A stretch of 46,691 nucleotides of DNA from Halocafeteria seosinensis (taxonomy: Eukaryota), in the NCBI GenBank assembly GCA_001687465.1, contig LVLI01000004.1, forward strand, positions 1 through 46,691, written 5' to 3'. A model generated the notes under the pieces. That model was given only the letters and a program-made list of their open reading frames with translations. It was not told the DNA's origin and did no database searches. Made by a program: the position numbers and the translations under genes. How positions within the stretch are numbered: the stretch's first letter is position 1; each line of letters begins with the position of its first letter. Of the stretch, positions 1 to 10,220 are shown piece by piece.

Positions 1-3000
1 GCGACACTTACAGCTCCACATGCAACACACATTGGTGGATCTTTAAATCCTATCTTTCCTGATAGAGGAAGCAAAGTTTCAATAGAGTATAAAATTGCTT
101 CAGTGAATCACGTATCATCGAAGCTGACTGTAGGTGAGACGATGTATCTTTCTTACTCATCTGTGTCGAATCGGAGTTTGGGTCGAGAATATCGAAATAA
201 TGTGTGGTTTGTCCCGTGCGACGTGGTAACAACTGACATAGTTTTATGGAACGAGAGTGTAATTAGTGAGGACGTTGCTCACAGCAATGCTGTTGTTGTA
301 GCGGGTGGAAGAGTATCGTATGAATTTTGGTTATTTGTGCCTGGTTATTTTGTGCCTTCTCCGTCTGTAGCGTTGGAGTTTGAGGATAGTTCAATGGTTC
401 GGTTGGGAGGTATAGATGTGTCAGATATTGTTGTGCATGTTAGTGAAGACCCTGAGCAAATTGATCCGGTCGGCAAAGGGATTTGCTATGGGCAGGAGAA
501 GGTGGTGGTTGGAGTCTCTCGCAATTCAAATATCCTCTGTGTTTCATTGTGCGACTTGAGTGTAATGCGTGGTATCCGTGGTTTATACGTAAAAGTATCC
601 ATTCCTTTTGAAGTGTCAGTTGTGCATTTTGTTTCTGCGGAATCGAGGTTACTGTTTTCAGCTGACTTTGGGGAACTGAGCGCTGGCAAAGAAAAAGTGC
701 TCAAGGATCTTCTGGTTGTGGAACCCGAATTTTCGTTGCTCAGCTTCAGTGTTGACAAGGAGGATGAAAGAGTGGACGTTGGTCAGGCGGTCCGTATGAA
801 TTTGGAGGTTTCGGTAAGTGGCGCACCGGCATTCAACCTTTGCGTGTTTGACCGGGCGTTGAACGAAGGGGGGGATCTCTCCCATGCGTTAGAAGTTATC
901 GATCCCAGTTATGCGGTATCCAACAGTTCGTGCTTGTTTACTTCAGTTGATAGGGTACAGAAAGACTCTAGACCGACACTGTCGTGGAGTGTCAGGATCC
1001 TCGTCGGTGTTGAGATCGGAAAAACTTACGTTCCCAGTTTGCTTGTGGAGTATCAAGTACTGCCTCATGGAGGGCGAGTAATTCAACAGGAGTGGACTAG
1101 TGGATTTGGCTTGGATACGAGCCTTGCAACGAAGATACCCAAAATTTCTACATTTCTGTATTCTGATGATTTAACTCTGGCAAATGATGCGATTGTGTCG
1201 GGACAACTGCTGACTGCCGAGATTAATATTTGGCTCCCTCGAGGGACATACAAGAATTCTAAAATCCAGCTGGATTGTGCAGGCGATTGCAGCATACAAG
1301 CTGCATTTTTGCACGACGTACAGCTACCAGACTCAGAGCGTACTACGGGTATAATGAATTTGACCATCGACCACACAGATAAGGTGGCAAGCATTGATAT
1401 ACCTGCGTTGATACGGAATGCGAAGAGTACCGCAAATGGAAACATTTCCGTCGTCTACACTGTTCAAAAGCTCCCTCCGGTAGAGTTTCCTGTGACAATA
1501 AATCAAAGCATCTTAACAACGTTCTCTTCGCCGCACTTTTTAGTTACTTCTTGTGGATGCGTCCGACCCGATGTCGCATGTGGTCAGGAGGGTACATGCC
1601 CAGCCATCTTCGAGCATCACCCGTTTATTTCGTTACGAGTAAATCTCGACACGGAGAACACTAGTATCATTACTGGTTCTCCGTTTGCTTCAGAGGTGTC
1701 ACTGACATCTGAGGTTCCGTTTTCAGGGGGTATGCAAAAAGTCTTTAACATTGAAATGGAGATATTCTTGCCTTCTTTCGTTGACACGGACACTGGTCAG
1801 TTGCTGCTACGTTTTGGATCTGATGAAGAATTCTATGGAGACTTTATAACACCAGATCATTCAATGTTGCTCTGGTATGACGAAAACGTTGATCCTTGTC
1901 GGCGTAATATTTCCAGTGAAGTGGAAGCCAGGTTGTTGGGCTCGGGACTGATTTCTACTGAGTGCTCCTCGAACGCAAGACGTTTGACGGAAGGAACTGC
2001 GGAGGGCGTCAACGTTCTCGAATTCAGATTTTCGGAATTGGAACTACCAATAAATATGGAGGCCAGAGTTCAACATGTTGTCCGTGCTTCTACGAATCCA
2101 AATTTGACTATTCCATTCCTAATTTCAAGTAGTTGGTTCTCAGCCCCTGCCACCTCTGTCAATGCTCGAGCCCTCTTCAGAGAATCCGCGGCTTCTATGG
2201 CCACAGTTGCTCCATTATCTATTGCATGTGATGACACATATTCATGCAATGGTAATGGAAAATGCATGAAATCGAACGATACGGTCACGTGCTCGTGCGA
2301 TACTGGGTAGACAGGCGAGGATTGCTGTAAGTGTGATTTGACAGCCACTAGTGGCGTATGCAACGATCATGGTGAGTGTGATAGAGGAACGTGTGTTTGT
2401 GATCCGGGATACAATGCGGCTGATCAGGATCCTTTTTGTCGTGGCACTAGGTGTAATGATTCTCCTCTGGCCTGCTCGTTCTGGGGAAAATGCCCAGTGA
2501 ACTGTGGCGTTTCCGATTGGTCTAGTGCAGGTCCTTGTCTCATGGGTGAGGCGGGGCCTGTTGAGCTCCAGAGACGGGAAGTACGACGCCTACCACGAAA
2601 TGGTGGAGATTCCTGCCCTAAGTTGTTGCGCAATCAGACATGTGCAGTACCTGTCCAGGAGGCCCAATGTGAAATTTCAAGAATCTCCTTTTCTTTGAGT
2701 GTTAGGAATGCCCCAGTTAATTTGAAGGCTTCAGATCAGGCTGCGCGGTATGCAGCCGTAACTCTTGTGTTCGTTAGCATGGTTTGCTGCATAATATGGA
2801 TAAAACGACGACGTGCTGATTCTCGGTATTACTTGCGTCCCTGGAGAGGCAAACAATGGTTGTTTCCGCACTGGAGAAATTATCTACTGGTATGGTGGTT
2901 TATTTGGGAGGGCTTTATGCTTGCTGCACCGGCATTTCTTGCCGAGATACCTTGGTTTCCGTATGTTCCCGTCAAAGGGATGGTACGCTTACTGTCTTTG

Positions 3001-6000
3001 ATTGGTATTCGTATCCTCGGTGTCTTCTTTGCCGTATTTTTCGTTGCGTGCGTGGCTGTTGCTGCTGTCAGTTTCGGTCTTTTTCTCCAGTACCGGCGTT
3101 TTCGTAGCGGAATCGCGAAGAGTAGACGGGAAGATACGAGGAAGCCTAGGGAGCGGCGTCATTCGATTGCAGAGTCTGAATATGAACATAGTGATCATGT
3201 TGGCGAGCGACCATCTGGACCGCGTTCTCTGAAGTTAAGCAGGATGAGACGAAGTTTGCACGAAGTAGTTACTCCGGACGCACTAAATCAAGTTCTCCGG
3301 AACTTACCTGCATCTCATAAGATCGTAAGCGGTCTGATATTACTGTGCATGTACTTTTCTACCACTCTCCTAAGTGTATTCTTTGAGGTGTGGACGTGTG
3401 GATTTCCCTTCGGACAGTTCGAATATGTAAACGGAAACTGCCAACGCCAGGATTGTTGGGAGCCTAAGCAAATCGTGACAATCTGCATCGCGGCTGTCTT
3501 CATGACGATATACCTCCCACTTTCGTCAATCTCTACAGCAATTCGATTAAGGTGGGATGAACCTCGATTTGACTCACTCTCCTTGGGTCGGAACAGCGGC
3601 TCTACAGAATTGGGGATGCCCAACAGGTGGCAAAACTCCGGGCCTTCGGTAGATTGGCGAGCGAGTCAACTTGTGGATCGACAATTTGATAGAGAGAGCC
3701 GTATCCGAAGGCTCTTTGTCAGAGAAATCAGCATCGAAGAGGAAGATTACGCGAAGATGTTGCCAGGGGCCGACGAAAAGACTGAGATCCAACTATCTAT
3801 CTGGTTCATGTTCATGCATTTCGTAACGAAAGGTTTCAGTGTGTGGGCTGGGGTCGTTCTTGGACCTCATTCGCCATTGGGAGCTATTCTGGTCGTGACG
3901 ACCATCAACACAGGAATGTTCGTTGTCTCTTGGCGTCATAAAGTTGTGAATCTTCCACGTTTGCGGTTGCTACCACGATTTGCTTACGGAGTGAGCAGTT
4001 GGACATGCTGGTGGCTTCTTTTCATCTACGCTGCTGTTGGCACCCAAGACTCCTATAAAACACAGGTTGGAGAAGATAGAAGATTTCAGTTCAAAATAAA
4101 TAATGGCGATACTCAGTTCGCGACCTCCCCTATCGTGGTTCTTGCAGCAGTCTTATGGCTCGTAGCGATATTCGTTTGTCTCAGCTTGTGGCAATCAGAA
4201 CAGCGCCAGTGCTTCTTCGGAGTTCCTCTATTCCGAAACACTAGCAGCAACAAAATGGGAGGAAAGCCCTCTTCGGGAGCTCAACGACCAACGTGTCGGA
4301 CCCAAGGAGCCAGCACACCGGCTAGATCACACGGCAACGGAGCTAAAGCGAAGCGAACAACCCCCATTAAAGGAAAGAAGCGAAGCAAGGCGAATGGAAC
4401 TTTGCGCATGAAATATTATAGAAGTACGCGCTCACATTGTACTGTGCTACACTACGATCACACATACCTCATCCTCAATTGGTTACTTGCAGGCAGGAAC
4501 GAGGAAATGAGAGAAAGAAATTGTGAGTGCTACTTTACAGATGCTTATGTTTACATGACTTCGACATATAAGAATGTCATTTGCTAGCAGGGGCTGAAAG
4601 TATTGCGTCCAACAAGCACGTATCCCGAGGCCCTGAACCAATGACAGAGAAGCCATTGAGTAGTATGTCGCGCAGACATGGTGAGTGGATGTAGTGTTAG
4701 ACACACGTCCCACTGACAAGCTGGTTAACCTTCGTAGTTGCAGGTAATGAATTGGTTGGTAAAAGCAAAAAACATGGACATCGAAAAAATACAGGGAAAG
4801 AATACTCTCGACATGCAAAACAACTGGGTGCACGATCCACTGGCAATCTTGTTGAATTAGAGCGAACTGATTCCAAGCGCTCGGGTAACAAACAGAGCGC
4901 AGTCGGGTCCTCGCGGCAATTGGTGGAGCCTAGCCAACCGTTTGGCACGCTCGACGAGGTGCACGAAAATGTCTCGACGCAATGCCACCAAGGCTTGACA
5001 ATTGCAAGCACCCTGTATGGATATGAAGAAGAGAACGATATTGATTTCCAAGATGCACTGCAAGAGCTTCGGAATTTAAATGATAGCTCGAACCACTCGT
5101 CAAGGCTGGTAGAAGGAGGGCATAAAACCGAAACAAGACCTCGCGATAAGGTTCGCTCTGAAGCAGACAGAAAGCATTCTCTCAGAGGATCGAAGCGCGA
5201 TCGAACATACGGGATCACACATGCAACACATGGTATGTAGGAGCTGCATTACCAGTCAGATAACTTGTTCTTCGATTTAGGAGCAATACATGCATCATGC
5301 AGGTAGGGGGGATAGGCGACAGAAACTAGGGAGCTCCAAAGATGCCAGAGGTACCAATTCTAAGGGTACCACTTCAGGTGCGGAGCGGCCCATGGGCATT
5401 ATAGTACGAAACTCCTTATCGACTGCCCTTGATTCATTTACACAGAACGAAGGGACGATGGTCAACCAATTGCCTCAGATGATTTCCCATCGCTGGGGGA
5501 AAGACCGAGAAGGAATGATAAATCATCGGAGGAAGGATCGACCGAGGGAACATGTATGTTTCAGATGCAGACAATACTCCTTATATCTAGAATTGAGTCT
5601 GCGTGGTTGCAGCTGGAAAGGGTAAGACGGAGCAAAATGACGCAATAGAGTTCGAGGATTTGGAGTGTAAGTCATGGAAACAGATGACGTGCATTCTGCC
5701 CTGTGCTCTTGATTATTGATCACACTAATTCTTTAACTTACAGTTTTTGAGCCAGCTAACGAGGCGGCTGTCCACAGGGAGCCTTCCTTGAACGGTTTGA
5801 ATACAGGTACAGATACATCAAGGAGGTGTAGGATTGTATACTGTTCAATTGTATTTTTTTGATGTTGCAGATGAATATTCAATGGCGCAAGAAAAGCCCA
5901 CTGCTTCACTGCTGGGCGTAAATCCGGTAAATGGCACAAGGGCAACGGTATCCAACTCTAATGAAGAGACGATACCATCAACTGTGGTGGAGAGAGCTCC

Positions 6001-6607
6001 CGTGCTATCAAGAGGAGCATACCCTAGGACAATTACTCCGCCAGCGTCCGATGCTACGACTGAGTATCTACCCGGCACTCCTGTTCAACGCACCCCGCTG
6101 ACCGAAGAAAAAACATCAGCTAAGTCTCGCTATGCCGCGAAGACGGTGATGAGGCTCTTCAATGCCGCGAAGAGTCGTAACTTTGGTGCAATCAGGTCGA
6201 TGGCCACTTCCTCTGACTGTCTTCTGACAACTGATGCGGCGGGAAACACGCTCCTTCATAAGCTTCTGAAAGGAGATAGCTTGGAGGATCACTCTGTTGC
6301 TAGAGCAATTTTGGAGGATGAAGATATCAGCATCGATCCGAATATTCAGGATGGTAACGGCAAAACATTACTGCACTTGGCAGTTGAGAATGGAAGCATA
6401 GAAATTGCCGATACCCTGTTTGCAATTGGCGCTGATCCGAACATCGTAGACAGAGAGAGGAAAACTGTACTAAAACATTTGGTGGAAACCAGGCAGTTTA
6501 ATTTATGTCAATACTTTTTCCGTCAGTACGACACATTATTTGACATGAGTGTCCCAAGCAATGCTTCGGCGTTGCTTGAGGAGCGGAGATCTCGTCCAGT
6601 AAACTAG
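1..6607 (+). CDS. Large multipass membrane receptor-like protein (5'-partial): beta-rich ectodomain, EGF-like and TSP1 modules, multi-TM region, disordered tail, C-terminal ankyrin repeats; one in-frame TAG at 2308-2310
   Basis: Frame +1 is open from base 1 to 4423 except TAG at 2308. Proposed exons: <1-4423, 4493-4522, 4591-4680, 4744-5232, 5303-5377, 5446-5553, 5613-5666, 5744-5806, 5871-6607. All introns are GT..AG, 59-77 nt and phase 1. All internal exons are multiples of 3 and stop-free. The model joins ORF-track entries 103..2310, 2338..4587, 4752..5240, part of 5290..5625 and 5834..6607. Confidence 0.75.
2227..2445 (+). other. Two tandem EGF-like (tenascin-type) modules; the first is interrupted by TAG
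   Basis: CDDTYSCNGNGKCMKSNDTVTCSCDTG*TGEDC and CNDHGECDRGTCVCDPGYNAADQDPFC show the CxxxGxC...CxCxxG[YWF]xGxxC spacing. Confidence 0.8.
2491..2643 (+). other. Thrombospondin type-1 (spondin-like) module
   Basis: CPVNCGVSDWSSAGPC...QRREVRRLPRNGGDSCPKLLRNQTC matches the PVxCxxSxWS...RxRxxxxxPxNGGxxCP..C pattern. Confidence 0.75.
2746..4190 (+). other. Multipass transmembrane region (roughly 8-9 hydrophobic segments)
   Basis: Hydrophobic stretches include AAVTLVFVSMVCCIIWI followed by KRRR, ILGVFFAVFFVACVAVAAVSFGLFL, IVSGLILLCMYFSTTLLSVFF, IVTICIAAVFMTIYLPL and PIVVLAAVLWLVAIFVCLSLW. Confidence 0.75.
6127..6520 (+). other. Ankyrin repeats (3-4) in the last exon of the receptor-like gene
   Basis: DAAGNTLLHKLLKG; DGNGKTLLHLAVENGSIEIADTLFAIGADPNIVD; DRERKTVLKHLVETRQFNLCQYFF. 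Confidence 0.88.
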
Positions 6608-6819
6608 CACAAGTGCCTACACGTACCATCTGTTGTTCGCATATGTCGACCATCGGCGGAACAGTTCCCCGAAATTGTAGCGAGTGAGATGCCACAGATT
6701 TACACTGCTCTTACAGTGACATAAAACGCGAAAATTTGCATACATGAGTAGATGCTAACAAGATGGGCTGATACCGTATAGCATTTAAGGAATTTATACG
6801 AGACGCAGAATGGACATAC

Positions 6820-7194
6820 AGTTAATGTTTTGGTGTACCATTCTGATTCGTTGAGATGTGTAAGCAGACTATTGTCAGGATATTTACGTTCCAGGAAGGT
6901 TTTCGTGTACATGAAGTACTGATAGGCACTGTTCCCTTTTAGCAAGTCTCCGTTGGCCTTCCGTCCATGGTCGGCTAGGTACGTCCCATACTCGCCTAGG
7001 AGTGTCTGTGAGCAGACCACAGACTCTTCCACAAGGTCTACAGATGGGAGCTGTTTACTGGCCAAGAAGCTTTCGAGTTGATTTCGTGCCGATTGATAGT
7101 TGTCTCTGTTTTTATCAGAGTTGCCAGCTACAGCCAGTTGTGCGTAGACGACTGGCATGGGAGCATCCCCCTCGTCGAGCTCGTCTGTTTCCAT
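6820..7194 (-). mobile_element. Truncated ORF resembling the N-terminal (core-binding) region of Crypton-type tyrosine-recombinase transposon proteins
   Basis: A 125-aa exon (METDELDEG...SDKNRDNYQSARNQLESFL...LLGEYGTYLADHGRKANGDLLKGNSAYQYFMYTKTFLERKYP...WY) ends at a GTATGT donor. The pattern recalls the N-termini of stramenopile Crypton proteins. No catalytic YR domain follows. This is recognition from memory, not a search. Confidence 0.5.
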
Positions 7195-7420
7195 TCTATG
7201 CAAGAGTGCCAATAACACACGTGCTTGTTTTTTAAGTGTACGTGTGTATTACAGTATGGATTAGATCCGTCGTTAATTCATTGTTTGACTTACGAACAAC
7301 TGGCTACCCTTTCTCTGCCGAATTCCTAACACTTCCATGCATGTTGAAGTTGTGCACAATGTGCAGTGTGATCCGGGCGGAGAGCCCGGTCCGAAAATGG
7401 TCCGACGCGAAGCCGATATA

Positions 7421-7450
7421 CCCTAGGATGCAGAAATAGGGGCCGATTCT
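7421..7450 (+). repeat. Left terminal inverted repeat
   Basis: Reverse complement of 8759-8788 with one mismatch; preceded by TA. Confidence 0.92.
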
Positions 7451-8758
7451 AAATGTGCCCTTATTATTGACGCTCTTATGCAGGTCTCCGACTGAGTAGA
7501 GAGCGATACCATGAGAACGGCAATCATATTTTGTGTACTCTGTCAAGTTTTTGCTTTCAAAGCATTTCTGGTTACAAAGATATGGCCCGATTTCTTGGTC
7601 ACGAGAGGGCTCGAAAAGTGGCCAGGGGTCAATTTGTGTGTCCCCTTTGCCTCCCCCTTGGGGTGGTGGAAGTTTTGCGAATGTCCAGAACGTTCGCCAA
7701 CCGATTGCAAAAAACCACCAACTGTGAAGTTCGACTTAGGTTCTTAGTCACGCATCTCACACGCCTGTCAGGGGTTGTTGGCAGATCTAACGCACGAAAA
7801 CCAATTACATACATTCTCAGCAACCATAATTACCACGGATTTTAGATTGCCGCTTCTTATCTCTTTGCACCAGGCGAAACGAGTTCAAAATTCTTCGCAG
7901 CAGCGTTTCACAAGCCCCGACGCACCTCTAATAGGGCATGGATAAGGGTAGCACTACATGACGCAAGCAGAACGAGGAGATTCGTCAAAGGTGCGAACTT
8001 GCTTGGACTCGTTGTAATCCTTTCGGCACTGTGTCCCAGCACGAACTGCTTCAGCTGCTTCTTGAGCCTCTGGACCTCAAAGAATTCGGGCCAATGCTTC
8101 GACCTGCTGACCTACGCAATGCTCCGATGCTCCGTGCTGTGGGTACGTATTACATTCCCAGTCCCTGTGTAAATTCCATGCTTGTGCGGGAAGCAATTTG
8201 CCGCAAACTGTTCAAACCGATTCTCTTCCCGGCATGACCCGTTCTGAGCTAGAGCTATTGTTCAAACAAGGGGTTTGCAGGCACTAGAGCTCCAAAATCC
8301 TTTCTTGTACAGCTGCTGCAAGAGGCCATTAACTAAAAGGAGCAGGCGGATTCAAAACCATGGGGCACTGAGTGTACCACCAGTCATTTTTGTCGTGGAG
8401 AGCTTCTTGCGGGAGACGAAGAAGAACAGCACATTATTAACAAATGAAAAGGTTATTCAGAAACTGAAAACTCCTGGCAGTATGCGCCATCGCTCCAGGA
8501 GAACCTTGGCGATGAGTTTGATGCTTCATACGTCCAAGTTTTGGCGCGCAGCTCAGCCTCAGATCTGTTCCATCCATTTTCTGTACTTCCATGAAGGTTT
8601 AGTCCGCGAAGACAAAAATAGCACAATATACATGTATTTTTCTTTATATTTTGATTGCTTACACTCCGTTAAACACCTTCGAATCATTCAAATACGACCG
8701 TTTTGAAGAATCGGCCCTTTAAATTGACATCCGAATGTTGGCAACTTCAAGTTACCGC

Positions 8759-8788
8759 AGAATCGGCCCTTATTTCTGCATCCTAGGG
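8759..8788 (-). repeat. Right terminal inverted repeat (extra subterminal AGAATCGGCCCTT copy at 8707-8719)
   Basis: Reverse complement of 7421-7450; followed by TA. Confidence 0.92.
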
Positions 8789-9173
8789 TATGTGCCCAGC
8801 AGCTCAATGACGGTGGTTTCGGCAAGGGAGGAACCACGTCTGTCGGTTCCACGCTTATTCGTCCGAGTCGGCGTCATTCGTCTCCGACGATGTTGTACAA
8901 AGGATTATAGTGGTATAAACGGAGTTAACGAGTTCTCGTGTCACCATTGTGGTCCTCAGAGGTGCAACGGCTCACTTTCATCTTTAAGCGTGCGCTCACT
9001 CGAAACTGTTGTGGATAAGAAAACCGGACGCTTTCCCTCCACAATGTACCGTAAAATGCTTTGCTGTTGAAAATACCGGAAAGCTAAAGTGGTTCGATCG
9101 AAAGACGTTATGGCTCACAGTCATCTATCACCTTTTTGATTAAGTGAAAGCTTCCTGGGAACATGTCTCATAG

Positions 9174-10134
9174 TCAGCTTACCGCATCGTACCAGCGGAA
9201 CTCTTTCAGCCCCGTTGGCATCGTGGCATTCTGTGTACCAGGTTGGACAAAACTAGCATCTGGAGCCGACGATTCATTCCTCAGTCGGCCCAGTGACCAC
9301 GAAGATGTGGAGCTACTTGAAGGAGACTCCGAACTTGGTGTAGTAGATAAACGCTGACTTGGTGACGGAATAGGAGATGGGAATCGTAGAAACGGCAGAT
9401 CCTCATCATCATAGTCTCCATCTAAAGCCCAATCGTCATTAGTCCATCGCTGTACTCCTCCTTTGTGATACAGTGTTCCACGGATATGTAACAAATCATC
9501 TGAATTTGCTATCTCTGTAAGCTTATTGCCAACGTCCACACCGATGATTGCCGATGTTTCTTCGGTGCCACTGTTGTATACCGAGTATGTCACTTGATAG
9601 TACCACTTGCTTTACTGTCTATGTGTCCTATAGTTCCACCAGTATGCACACCTGTGGGTGCTCCTGATGCGTATGCATTTGTGATGTAGACATCTATGTT
9701 GCCCCGTACAATACCTCTTGCTTATACACCACTAATATCTCCTCGTGTATAACAGTCTATGATATGTACTTCACCCTGTTGTGTGCTGTATTGTCTCCAC
9801 TGATCCCTCCACTATAATCTGCAGATATCTGCCCCACCCTATAGCATTCCTTGATTGAAACAAAGCCACGGGTGTATGTCCAGGACTTTGGCCTCCAATA
9901 CCGCCACTCTCTTCGCCAAGGATGAGGTCTCCCGTGGAATAGGAGCCGAATGGTGAACACTTGACCATTCTTATAACTAGGAGCATGTCCACAAGCACAA
10001 CCTGCACTATCTCCTGCAACATCTCCAGTCGAAGATATATCATATAGATCCCGGTCGCCAACTTCCACAAGTTGTCCATCTTCACAAAACCCATTTGATG
10101 GGACTATACCCGCGGTATAAGCTCGTTTTCCCAC
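9174..10134 (-). pseudogene. Frameshifted remnant of a Gly-rich repeat (GLUG-motif-like) surface protein
   Basis: Stitching minus-strand frames gives periodic units: ISSTGDVAGDSAGCACG / GSYSTGDLILGEESGGIGG / IKECYRVGQISADYSGGISG / IIDCYTRGDISGV*ARGIVRG / ITNAYASGAPTGVHTGGTIG. About four frameshifts and one stop are needed. A Ser/Pro-rich tail follows. Confidence 0.65.
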
Positions 10135-10220
10135 TGGTATGGTATTGTATTCGCTCGTAGAGGGAGAGTGAACCGTAGGTCATACAGGGAAGCTGTCGGT
10201 GGCGGTCTGTATGAAGAGCC

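Larger units (their letters stand above)
7421..8788. mobile_element. 1,368-bp non-autonomous DNA transposon, Tc1/mariner-like (TA target duplication, 30-bp TIRs)
   Basis: TA-CCCTAGGATGCAGAAATAGGGGCCGATTCT (7419-7450) and AGAATCGGCCCTTATTTCTGCATCCTAGGG-TA (8759-8790) are inverted repeats with 29/30 identity. No intact transposase ORF lies inside. Confidence 0.88.

Noticed and set aside
2308..2310. Genome-wide TAG reassignment (alternative genetic code)
   Set aside because: The ~7,100-codon exon at 25341-46691 appears to contain no in-frame TAG, and TAG terminates other genes here (6605-6607, 19968-19970).
4175..4411. Possible frameshift into an alternative protein-like frame (SASASSEFLYSETLAATKWEESPLRE...)
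   Set aside because: That frame stops at ~4411, whereas frame +1 connects cleanly through the phase-1 intron chain to the ankyrin exon.
5520..5580. REHVCFRCRQ as a retrotransposon gag zinc-knuckle remnant
   Set aside because: It lacks the H and final C. It spans the GTATGT donor at 5554, and the exon reads in another frame in the spliced receptor model.
5834..6607. Stand-alone ankyrin gene as in the ORF track
   Set aside because: The listed start lies inside an intron (polypyrimidine tract and TTGCAG at 5870). It is better explained as the last exon of the upstream gene, although an internal ATG at 5882 cannot be excluded.
7850..8706. Transposase ORF inside the TIR element
   Set aside because: All frames are short or interrupted, and no DDE/D or HTH motif was recognisable.
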